A stretch of 64,000 bases of DNA from assembly GCA_015680685.1 (NCBI GenBank), contig MNCI01001978.1, forward strand, positions 275,311-339,310. The letters are read 5' to 3'. Position numbers and translations under genes: made by a program. The first letter of the stretch is position 1. The number at the start of each line of letters is the position of its first letter. Shown piece by piece: positions 1 to 11,468 of this stretch. The stretch comes from Gnetum montanum. Its lineage: Eukaryota; Plantae; Gnetophyta. The notes beneath the pieces were generated by a model. That model saw only the letters and a list, made by a program, of their open reading frames with translations, did no database searches and was not told the DNA's origin.

Positions 1-1052
1 CAATCCTTGGTTGGCATCATTTATGGTTGAGACTAGGATGGTATCTGATCATCTTCAAGCCCCTAACTTTCATTCTTTATTAATGAAAACATCCTTGGAA
101 AATGCTTTTGCACTAGTTTGTCTTTCATAAATCCAAGAATTTCACCTCTGACAATGAAATACGAATGCCCCCGACAATCCCTATTAATCATTACTCCCAT
201 CCTGAAGGCCAACACAATAGGATCGAAATCCTATCATGTTATTTCATGCTAATGTATTCATAGCATTGGCTTGCTTTGAGCACTCTAGTTTTTTCAAAGT
301 AACAGCATTGGAGTCGTGACCTAGCTAATTAAGGCCAGCACCATGCCATCGATAGAAGGAATGGAGTGGTCGATGCACACCGCATCGGCAGACCGACCAT
401 CCTATCCCAGGATCCAACTACGAGCTTTTTAACTACAAAAACTTAAATATATGCTATTGGAGCTAGAATTACCATGGCTGCTAGCACTAGAATTTCCCTC
501 CAATGGATCCTCGTTAAGGGCTTTAAATTGTACTCATGCCAATTACTAGACTTGATGAGCCTGGTATTGTTATTTATTGTCACTACCTCCGCGTGTCAGG
601 ATTGGGGAATTTGTGCGCCTGCTACCTTCCTTGGATGTGGTAGCCATTTCTCAGGCTCCCTCTCTAGAATCGAACCCTAATTCCCTGTCACCCATCACAA
701 CCATGGTAGGCCTCTATCCTACCATCAAAATTTGATAGGGAAGAAATTTGAATGAAGCGTTGCCGGCATAAGGGCTGTGCAATTCGTCCAGTTACCATGA
801 TTCACCGAGCAAACGAGCAAGCTTACATTGGCCTTTTATCTAATAAATGCATCCCTTCTAAGAGTCAGGACTTTTTGCACGTATTAGCTCTAGAATTAAT
901 ACGGTTATCTGAGTAGTAAGGTACCATCAAAGAAAATATAACTGATTTAATGAGCCATCCACAGTTTCACCATTTGAAGTAAGTTCATACTTAGACATGC
1001 ATGGCTTAATCTTTGAGACAAGCATATGACTACTAGCAGGAACAACCAGGTA
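1..1052 (-). pseudogene. 18S rRNA: 18S rRNA pseudogene, 5' ~1050 nt (continues beyond the left edge of the window)
   Basis: Minus strand starts at 1052 with TACCTGGTTGTTCCTGCTAGTAGTCATATGCTTGTCTCAAAGATTAAGCCATGCATG. The universal 530-loop (plus-strand TTACCGCGGCTGCTGGCAC) is mutated to TTACCATGGCTGCTAGCAC at 469-487. CG/CHG transitions are widespread. Confidence 0.95.
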
Positions 1053-2129
1053 ACACCGTTCGTAATGATGTGGTGATCACCGTCATCCTTCCTTACTCAA
1101 AAGGCATGAACGACCCTCCAAGCACCGATTTTGGACAACATCTTTCACGGGCACCATTCCCCTATTTATGCAATCGCACGCCCAGGAAACACAACACCAC
1201 AATAGACGAAAAATGCAACCTTGTTCTCTACCACAGACATGCGAGTGCCGAGGGCATTACACAAGTGTACAGCTTACTGCTTGCACCCTCCAGCATTCAT
1301 GCAAATTCCTGACATCGAGGTTACTGCCTATGGGTTCCGCCATCCCCCTAATATGATTACCGAACTCGAGAGTGCTTCCTCACAAATGCTTATCTGTGAG
1401 AACAAAGTTCCACGTAGGAAGCAGCACATGTTGCACTAACAAAGGCCACCTCGAGGGCACCCACTGAAGAATGAGCCATGCAAATGTGCATGAAGGATAA
1501 AAGAACCTCAATCCTCCTGGTTCCCTGACATGTGTACTTGAACTCACATCTACCACCTGCGTGCTACTGAGTGGTCAGATTTGTGATTAGGAAAAGGAAA
1601 CATGCACCCGACGCTACCCCGTGAGGGTGTCAACATGCTCTACTACCTCAACCACACCAACCCGATGTAGCCGTTCGCACATGCTCAACCACTATCACAT
1701 CTTGCAAAATGGGAGATGCATCCCAAAAATGCAAACCCAACTGTCAACTGACACCGACGGTGTCGTTCGCATAACAATGCAAGCCATGTGCCCTCGAAAG
1801 GTACATGCATCCATCATCAACATCATGAATGCAAAATGAAAATAGGCCCTAGGCCCCTATTCCAAATTGCAATCAGGGGTGAGTGATGCTTCCCAGCAAT
1901 GCAACCACTCTAAACCAACGCTCACAACGTGGTTCGATTTTCATGCCAAACCAAAAAGAAGAAACATGTGCCGTACCGAGGAACATGCAACTATCGTCAC
2001 ATCCTCTCCCTATTCAAGCATCATGGTGGGGGGTGTGTCACACAAACGCATCCACTCCGAACCAATGCAAACAATGTGGTTCAAATTTCATACCAACCAA
2101 ACAAGATGGACCATGTGCTGTACCCAACA

Positions 2130-5100
2130 ACATGCAAGTATCATCCCATCAACCGATATCATTTCCAAATGGGATGGTTCAATCTCATACAGCCATCAGT
2201 GATGGCCCCGATCTCGCAGTATCATGCAACGCTCATAGTCGAGCATGAAGAAACGAGCCTCCAAAGATGCGTGTTTCAGCATTACCCGAATTCACCATCA
2301 GGTGACTGCACAACAGAAAATTCCTTCGTGAAACCTAGAGACATAGTGTGGCAAAGACAAGACAAGGGATTTTCGAGACATGCACCTCAAACATTCCTCC
2401 CACTACTCCTAACCCTTGGAGAACTTGTGATCGAGTTTGAGCGTGTGCTTGAACTCCGCAAGCTACTCCAAGAGAAGGCACAACCTATGTTCTTGAATCC
2501 ATGAAAGGCTATTTTTGAGATACCATGACAACAAAACGGTCACCCGAATCAATAAAATCCTCAAACTACAATCAATAGTGAGGCACCTGCAAGTGCATGG
2601 AGAATAAGAGAGGCCAGATTTCTCTTCGTTTCTTGGCTCGTGCAAGTGAACTCGCCACTACCACCCATGCGCTACTAGGCAATCAAATCGGTGAATAGGC
2701 AGAGATAGCATGCACCTGACACTACCTCATGGGGGCTTCCAAATGCTCTACCACCTCCACTGCACCAAATCAATGCTACCATTCACATGAACTCAATCCA
2801 TATTATTTTCACATGGGATGGTTCAATCCCATGGAGCCATCAGTGCCAGCTCCGATCTCGCAGTGTTAGCCAACGCTCATACCCAAGCATGAAGAAACGA
2901 GCCTCCAAGGATGTGCATTTCAGCATTACCCAAATTCTCCATTAGGTGACTGCACAACAAAAAACTCCTTTGTGAAACCCAGAGATAGCATGGTGCAGCC
3001 AAGATAAGGGATTTTCGAGACATGCACCTCGAACATCCCTCCCACTGCTCCTAACCCTTGAAGAACTTGTGATCAAGTTTGAGAGTGCACTCAAACTCCG
3101 CAAGCTACTCTAAGGGAAGGCACAACTTGTGTGCTTGAATCCATGAAGGACTATTTTTGAGATGCGATGACCATGAAATGGGCAGCTGGTTCAATAAAAT
3201 CCTCCAACCACAATTAACAGAAAGGCACCTACAAGTGCATGGAGAACAAAAGAGACCAAAGCGCTCTTCGTTTCTTAGCTCGTGCAAGGGAAATCGCCAC
3301 TACCACCCATGCGCTACTAGGCAATCAAATAGGTGAACAGGAAAAGAAAACATGCACTTGATGCTATCCCGTGGGGGCATCCAAATGTTCTGCCACCTCC
3401 ACCACACCAAATCAATGTTACCGTTTGCACAAACTCAATCCATGTCATTTCCAGATGGAATGGTTCAATCCGGTGGAGCCATCAATGTCGGCCCCAATAT
3501 CGCAGCATTAGCCAATGCTCATACCCAGGCATGAAGAAACGAGCCTCTAAGGATGCGCATTTCAGCATTACCCAAATTCGTTGTCAAGTGACCGCACAAC
3601 AGAAAACTCCTTCGTGAAAATCAAAGACACAACATGGCGCAGCCAAGACAAGGGATTTTCGAGACATGCACCTCAAACATCCCTCCCGCTACTCCTAACC
3701 CTTGAAGAACTTGTGATTGAGTTTGAGAATGCACTCAAACTCCTCAAGCTACTCCAAGGGAAGGCACAACCTGTGTTCTTGAATCCAAGAAAGGCTATTT
3801 TTGAGATTCCACGACCACAAAACGATCACCCGAATTAATAAAATCCTCAAACCACAATCAATAGCAAGGCACCTGCAAGTGCATGGAGAATAAAAGAGAC
3901 CAGATTTCTCTTCATTTCTCAGGTCATGCAAGTGAACTCGCCACTACCACCCATGCACTACTAGGCAATCAAAACGGTGAATAGGCAGAGACAGCATGCA
4001 CCCAATGCTACCCCATGGGGGCATCCAGATGCTCTGCCACCTCCACCACACCAAATCAACGTTACCATTCACATGAACTCAATCCATATTGTTTCTAGAT
4101 GGGATGGTTCAATGCCATGGAGCCATCAGTGCCAACCCCGATCTCGTAGCGTCAGCCAATGCTCACACCCATGCATGAAGAAACGAGCCTCCAAGGATGC
4201 CTATTTTAGCATTACCCAAATTCACCGTCAGGTGACCGCACAATAGAAAACTCCTTCGTAAAACCCAAAGACATAGCGTGGCATAGCCAAGACAAGGGAT
4301 TTTCGAGACATGCACCTCGAACATCCCTCTCACTACTCCTAACCCTTGACGAACTTGCAATCGAGTTCGAGAGTGCACTCAAACTCTGCAAGATACTCTA
4401 AGGGAAGGCACAACATGTGTGCTTGAATCCACAAAGAACTATTTTCGAGATGCGACGACCACGAAATGGTCACCTGAATCAATAAAATTCTCCAACCGAA
4501 AAAAATAGCGAGGCACTTGCAGTGCATGTAGAACAAAAGAGACCAGAGCACTCTTCATTTCTCGACTCATGCAAGTGAACTCACCACTACCACCCATGCG
4601 CTACTAGGGAATTGAATCGGTGAACAGGCAGAGAGAGCATGCACCCAATGCTACCCCGTGGGGGCGTCCAGACACTCTGCCACCTCCACCATACCAAATC
4701 AACACTACCGTTCACATGAACTCAATCCATATCATTTCTAGATGGGATGGTTCAATTCCATGGAGCCATCAGTGCCAGCCCTGATCTCGTAATGTCAGCC
4801 AACGCTCACACCCAAGCATGAAGAAATGATCCTCCAAGTATGCACATTTCAGCATTACCTAAATTCAGCATCAGGTGACAGAAAAATCCTTCATGAAAAT
4901 GAAAGACACAACATGGCACAGCCAAGACAAGGGATTTTTGAGACATGCACCTCAAACATCCCTCCCACTGCTCCTAACCCTTGAAGAACTTACGATCGAG
5001 TTCAAGAATGTGCTCAAACTCCGCAAGCTACTCCAAGGAAAGGCACAACCTGTGTTCTTGAATCCACGAAAGGTTATTTTCGAGATGCTACGATCACAAA

Positions 5101-5227
5101 ATAGTTGCCCAAATCAATAAAATTCCACAACCACAATCAACAACGAGGCACCTGCAAGTGCATGGAGAAAAAAAGAGGATAGATCGCTCTTTGTTTCTCG
5201 GCTTGTGCAAGTAAACTCGCCACTACC
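2130..5227. repeat. Tandem array of ~643-bp ETS subrepeat (type A), about 5 units
   Basis: Marker GCAAGTGCATGGAGAA recurs near 2590, 3232, 3876, 4519 and 5155. Related spurious ORFs recur at the same spacing. Confidence 0.92.
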
Positions 5228-5790
5228 GAAATTCAGAGTTCAGTGATCGCACAACTAAAAACTTCTTCATGAAACCTGAAGACAGAGTGTTGTGCAGAAA
5301 GAACAAAGGATTTTCGAGACATCAGCCTCGAACGTACGTTCGACTGACCCTAACCCATGGAGAACTTACTGCCGAGTTTTGGCATGCACTCAAAACTCGA
5401 CAAGCTACTCCAAGGGAAGGCACAATGCAAGTTCTTGAATCCATGAAAGCTTATTTTTAAGATTGTACGACCATGAAATGGCCACCCCAATAATAGAATA
5501 CATGACCCGCAATGAATAGCGAGGCACCCCTAAGGGCATGGAGAACAAGAGACTATGTCCTCTTCATTTCTCAGCTTGTGCAACTGAACTCGTCACTACC
5601 ATCCATGCACTACTAAGCAATTGAATTGGTGACAAGGCAGAGAGAGCATGCACCTGATGCTACCCCATATGGGCGTCAAGTTGCTCTACTACCTCAACCA
5701 CAGCAAATCAATGCAACCATTTGCACAAAATCATTCCATATCATTTTTTGACATGATATTTCAATCCCGTAGAGACATCAGCATTGACGC
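5228..5790. repeat. Promoter-proximal variant (type B) of the ~645-bp subrepeat
   Basis: Has CCCATGGAGAACTTACTGCCGAG and AAAACTCGACAAG variants matching the 41962-49010 array rather than the adjacent type A units. Confidence 0.75.
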
Positions 5791-6109
5791 CCCATGCGCT
5801 CGATGCGTCCATCTTGCAAACGAGCTCCTAAAATATCTGAGAGAACATTTAGGATAGACAGTGCAAGATCGCCAAAACCACTTCTTTGGGCAACCAACCC
5901 CACCGAACATGCCCACAACACTACAAGCCTTCTATCTTGAATCATAAACGAGGACATCGCCTTCTCTAGGGTTATCCTTCTTCGCAACAAGGCTAGTGAG
6001 TCACAGGCATGAACAACGAGGCCGCGATATCATGGGTAGGGGCAAGGCATCCCTGGGGGGAGAAACCCATGTATCGCTCTATCACTCCAACCACTTATCA
6101 GCTCTACCT

Positions 6110-6120
6110 CCCCCTATATA
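6110..6120 (-). promoter_or_regulatory. RNA polymerase I initiation motif TATATAGGGGG, probable gene promoter of unit 1 (+1 about 6115)
   Basis: Exact match to the plant Pol I TIS consensus, oriented toward 18S, inside a conserved ~170-bp block (about 6025-6180). Confidence 0.85.
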
Positions 6121-9012
6121 TGTTGATTGGGCCAGTTTCAACCATACCATCCCGCACCCTTATAAATTTGGTCACCAAGGACCAAATCAATGACAGGGAT
6201 CTCATGTACATAGCAGAACCTACTCTAGAGGAGGATGCACTCAAGGAGAATGCTCTCCCAAGGGCCGCTCTAAGCGAGGGCGCTCTCACGGAGAACGTTC
6301 TTAAGGAGGATGCTCTCGAGAACGGCGTCCTCGGGAAGATTGCTCCTAAGGAGAACAAAGTCCAATCTCAAGGAAAATGATCTCAAGGAGAGCATCCCTA
6401 GAAAGACCGATCTCAAGAAAGATGTTCTAATGTAGGGAAATCTCCATGAGAACACTTGCAACAAGGCCGATCTCGAGGAGAACGCTTGTAATAAGGCTGA
6501 TCTTGAGGAGAACACTCTCAGCGAGGTCGCTCCTGAAAACAGCGACCTCCATGACTGCACCCTTCAAGAGGGAACTCTCAACAAGGGTGCTCTTGCGGAA
6601 GATGCTCCTAAGGAGAACAAATTCCAAATGGCCACTCTAATAGAGAAAGCTCTCAATGAGAGCAATCTCGTGAAGAACGTTCGTAAGGAGCATGCTCTCG
6701 AGGACGTCGTCCTCACAAAGACCACTCCTGAAGAGGGTGTTCTCAAAGAGGGCACTATCCACGTGAACACTCTTACATGCATAACACAAGTTGTTGTCAT
6801 TGAAAATGCTCTCGTGAATTCTACTTCAATGGAGGTCCCTCTCAACTATGGTGATCTAGGGAGAACACTCTCGTTGATGGCCCTCTCAAACAAAATGCTC
6901 TTTGTAAGATCGTCCTCAGGGAGACCACTCTTAGAGAGGTGTTCTTAGAGGGTACTCTTGGGAAGGGCATTCTATGAGAGAACATACTCAGAAAGGCTCA
7001 TCCCAAGAACAACACTCACGTGCATAGCGCAAGGTGCTCCCAAGGGGAACGCTCTCGAAAAGGATGCTCTAACAAAGGGCGCTTTCAATGGAAGGCACTC
7101 ATATGGACAACACTCTCAAACATGGCATCCTTCGAGAACGCATTCTCAAGGAGGATGAAATTCTTCGAAAGAATGCTCTCAACAAGGGAACTCTTGAGCT
7201 GAACACTCATGTGCTTACTGCAAGATACTCTCATGGACAATGCTTTAGCAAAGCCCGCTCTCAGGAACGACGCTCTCAAGGAGGGCACTCTTTGACAAAA
7301 CGCTCTCAAAAAAGACACTCTAGAGAGAACTATCCAATCGAGGGCCCTCTTAAAGAGAACGCTCTAATGGAGGGTGCTCTCAATGATAACGCTCCACTGG
7401 AGAGTGATCTCACATAGAATGCTCTTAAGGATGACGCTCTCAAAGAGGGCATCCCTGGAGAGACCGAGCTCAAAGAGGAAGTTCTAATGGAGATAGCTCT
7501 CCAAGAGAACAATCTCAAAAAGAGTGCTCTCGAGGAGAACGTTCTTAAGAAGGACACTCTCCAGGAGGGCATCCTTAATGAGACCGTTCTCAAGGAGGGC
7601 ATTCTCCAGGAAGGCACTCTTAAGAAGGGCACTCTCCGATACAAGCATTCTCAATGATGACACTCTCAAGGTGAATACTCTCACGTGCATAACGCAGGTG
7701 CTCCCATGGAAAATTCCATCATGGAGGAAGCTCTCAAGGAGAACTCTTTCGTAAAGACTACTCTTAGGAAGACCACTCTTAGCAAAGGCGATCTAAATGA
7801 GGGCACCATTCGCCAGAACGATCTTGATGAGTGCACTCTAGGGAGAATGCTCCAGGAGAGGGCACTCTCAAAGAGAACACTCTAACAGAGGGCACTTTGA
7901 TGAAGAACGCTCTCAAGGAGGATGTCCTTAGCCAGAGTGCTCTCAATGATCATGCTATAATGCAGGATTCTCTCCAAGATAATGCTCTCAACAACAGCAC
8001 TCTCAAGGAGAACACTATCATGCGCGTAACACAAGGTGCTCTCACGTGGAACACAATGAGGGTGCTCGCTCTAACGAAGATCACTCTCTAAGAGGGCACC
8101 TTCTAAGAAGGAGCTCTCAATGACAGCGCTCTCAAGAAGAACACTCTCACGTGCATCACACTAGATAATTGGAGAAGGCATCCTCAGGAAGAATGTTCTC
8201 ACAGAGGCCACTCTCAGGGAAAACGATCTCATGAAGGGTGCGCTCTAAAAGAAGGCACTCTTCGATAGAATGATCTCAACGAGGGTGCTCTCTCAAAGAG
8301 AACGCTCTTCCGAAGGCCCCTCTAATGAAGGGAACTCCTAAGAAGAGCACTCTCATGGAGGGTGATCTCACCGAGCTCGCTCTCAAGGAAGCCATTCTAA
8401 TGGAGGCCACTCTCAGAGAAAATGCTCTCAACAAAGGCACTCTCAGGGAGAACACTCTCACGTGTGCAACGCAAGGTTCCCTATAGGAGAACGCTCTGAG
8501 GAAGGCTGCTTTAAGGGAGAGAGCTCTCAAGGAGAATGCTCTTGAGAAGGGCAATATCACATAGAATACTCTTAAAGAGAATGCTCTCAACAAGGGCATC
8601 CACAGTGAAACCGATCTCAAGGAGGGTGTTCTATTGGAGGTAGCTCTCCAAGAAAACAATCTCAACAAGGCTGCTCTCCAGAAGAACACTCTCACATGCA
8701 TAACACAAAGTGCTCTCAGGGAGGTCGCTTTGAGGGAGAGCACTCTCCAAGAGGGAGCTCTCAATGAGGGTGCTCTAGGAAGAACACTCCAGGGCAACCA
8801 ACCCCATGGAACATGCCCACAACACTGCAAGCCTTTTATCTTAAATCGTAAACAAGGATACCGTCTTCTCTGGGGCTATCCTTCTTCGTAGCAAGGCTCG
8901 TGGGTCATGACCATGAACATCGAGGCCATGATATCATGGGCAGGGCAAGGCATCCCTAGGGGGAGAAACCCATGTATCACTCTATCACTCCAACCACTCG
9001 TCAACTCTACCT

Positions 9013-9023
9013 CCCCCTATATA
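9013..9023 (-). promoter_or_regulatory. Duplicated (spacer) Pol I promoter motif
   Basis: CCCCCTATATA within a copy of the promoter block, with homology extending back to about 8795. Confidence 0.8.
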
Positions 9024-10486
9024 TGTTAATTGGGCCAATTTCAGCCATACCATCCCGCACCCTTATAAATTTGATCACAACACAGCACCTGAACGAGAGC
9101 ACTCTTAAGGAGAGTACTCTCACATGTGTGGTGCAAGGTACTCTTGGGGAGGGCACTCTCAAGAAGAACGCTCTCGGAAGGGCTGCTCTAAGCAAGGGCA
9201 CTCTCACACAGAACATTCTTAAGAAGACCATTCTCAAGGACGCTGCTACAGGGAGACTGCTCTCAACGAGGGCAGTCCAGGGAGAACAGTCACGATAAGG
9301 ACATCCTCAAGGAGACTGCTCTCCATTAGGGCACTCTCAATGAGGGCACTCCAGGGGAAATTTTCCTGATGAGGTAGTCCTCAAGGGGAACGCTCTCAAG
9401 GAGAGCCGTTCTCAGGGAGGGTGCTCTTAGGAAGACCGCTCTCCAGGAGACCGCTCTGGATGAGAGTGATCTCAGAGAGATCACTCTCAAAGAGGGCATT
9501 CTCCAGGGAGACCACTCTCAACAAGGACTCTCTAGGGAGAATTCTTTCAATGAGGACATCCTTAGTGAGACCGCTCTTAAGAAGGGCATTCTTAGGGAGG
9601 GCACTCTTAGGAAAGGTGCTCTTCGAAACAACGCTCCCAAGGTGAAAACTCTCATGTGCGTAACACAAGGTGATCACATGGCAAACGCTCTCATGGAGAT
9701 TGATCTAATGGAGGATACCCTTAGGAAGAATTCTCTCGGCAAGAACACTCTCAAGGATGGCACTCTTTGACAAAATGCTCCCAATGATGTCACTCCAGGG
9801 AGAACGCTCTCGATGAGGGCAACCTCAGGGAGACCGCTCTTCATGAGGATGCTCTCAATGAGGACACTCCAAGGAGAATGCTCCCAATGAAGGCGTGCTC
9901 AATGAGATCACTCTCAAGGAGGATGTTCTCAGGGAGGGTGTTCTTAGGAAGACCGCTCTCAAGGAAAATGCTACTAATGAGGGCAATCTTAGGGAGACCG
10001 CTCTCAAGGAGGACATTCTCCAAAGAGACCACTCTCAACAAGGGTGCTCTAGGGAGAATTCTCTTGATGAGGACATCCTCAGGGAGACCACTCTCAATAA
10101 GGGCATTCTCAGGGAGGTCACTCTTAGGAAAGGTGCTCTCCAAAATAGTGCTCACAAGCTGAAAACTCTCATGTGCGTAACACAAGGTGCTCACATGGAG
10201 AATGCTCTAATGAAGGATGCCCTTAGGAAGAACACTCTCAAGGATGGCACTCTTCACCAGAACACTTTCAGTGAGGGCACTTCAAGAAGAATGCTTGTGA
10301 TGAGGGTGCTCTCAAGAAGAATGCTCTTCAAATGGTGTTCTCAGGGAGGGTAATCTCAAGAAGGGTGTTCTCAAGAAGGGCGTTCTTAGGTTCACGAGTG
10401 TGCAATATCATGGGTAGGGCAAGGCATCCTTGGGGGAGAAACCCATGTATTGATCTATCACTATCACCGATTGTCAACTCTACCTA

Positions 10487-10496
10487 CCCCTATATA
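10487..10496 (-). promoter_or_regulatory. Duplicated (spacer) Pol I promoter motif
   Basis: CCCCTATATA within a copy of the promoter block (about 10400-10555). Confidence 0.75.
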
Positions 10497-10761
10497 TGTT
10501 GATTAGGCCAGTTTCAGCCATACCATCCTGCACCCTTATAAATTCGATCACGAAGGATGAGCTCAAGGGAAGTGCTCTCAGGGAGAGCACTCTCACGTGC
10601 ATAGTACAAGGCACTCTCGAGGAGGGCATTCTCAAGGAGAATGCTCTCCAAAGGGTAGCTCTAACCAAGGGCAAGGCATCCTTGGGGGAGAAACCCACGT
10701 ATCGCTCTATCACTATCACCGGTCATCAACTCTACCTACCTACAATGAAGGGTATGTCGTT

Positions 10762-11468
10762 GCATCGACAGAAGGAATGGAGCGGTCGATGCACACCGCA
10801 TCGGTGGATCAACCACCCCTTCCCAAGATCCAACTATGAGCTTTTTAACTACAACAACTTAAATATACGCTATTGGAGCTGCAATTACTATGGCTGCTAG
10901 CACCAGACTTGCCCTCCAATGGATCCTCATTAAGGACTTTAAATTGTACTCATTCCAATTACCAGACTCGATGAGCCCGGTATTTTTATTTATTGTCACT
11001 ACCTCCCTGTGTCAGGACTGGGTAATTTGCATGCCTACTACCTTCCTTGGATGTGGTAGTCATTTCTCAGGCTCCCTCTCTAGAATCAAACCCTAATTCC
11101 CTATCACCCATCACAACCATGGTAGGTCTCTATCCTACCATCGAAAGTTGATAGGGCAGAAATTTGAATGAAGCATCGCTGGCACAAGGGTCGTGTGATC
11201 CGTCCAGTTACCATGATTCACCGAGCAAACAAGCAAGCTCGCATCTACCTTTTATCTAATAAATGAATCCCTTCTGAGAGTCAGGATTTCCTGCACATAT
11301 TAGCTCTAGAATTACTATGGTTATCCGAGTAGTAAGGTACCATCAAAGAAACTATAACTGATTTAATGAGCCATCTGCAGTTTCACCGTTTGTAGTAAGT
11401 TCATACTTAGACATGCATGGCTTAATCTTTGAGATAAGCATATGACTATTGGCAGGATCAACCAGGTA
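10762..11468 (-). pseudogene. 18S rRNA: 18S rRNA pseudogene fragment, 5' ~705 nt, truncated in the V4 region
   Basis: Minus strand starts at 11468 with TACCTGGTTGATCCTGCCAATAGTCATATGC. The 530-loop is mutated to TTACTATGGCTGCTAGCAC. Homology to copy 1 stops near 10762. Confidence 0.95.

Larger units (their letters stand above)
1053..6115 (-). other. 5' external transcribed spacer (ETS) of rDNA unit 1, about 5.06 kb
   Basis: Lies between the nearest TATATAGGGGG motif (6110-6120) and the 18S 5' end. It is colinear with 11469-16431. Confidence 0.75.
6190..10670. repeat. Degenerate 15-bp tandem repeat array (consensus near GAGGGCACTCTCAAG / GAGAACGCTCTCAAG), IGS of unit 1, interrupted by promoter blocks
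   Basis: CTCTCAAG recurs with a 15-nt period. Translations show 5-aa periodicity (ENALK, EGTLK). Confidence 0.9.

Noticed and set aside
1-11468. Functional 18S rRNA genes and ORFs overlapping them
   Set aside because: Universally conserved positions are mutated, copy 2 is truncated, and the ORFs are antisense/rRNA artefacts.
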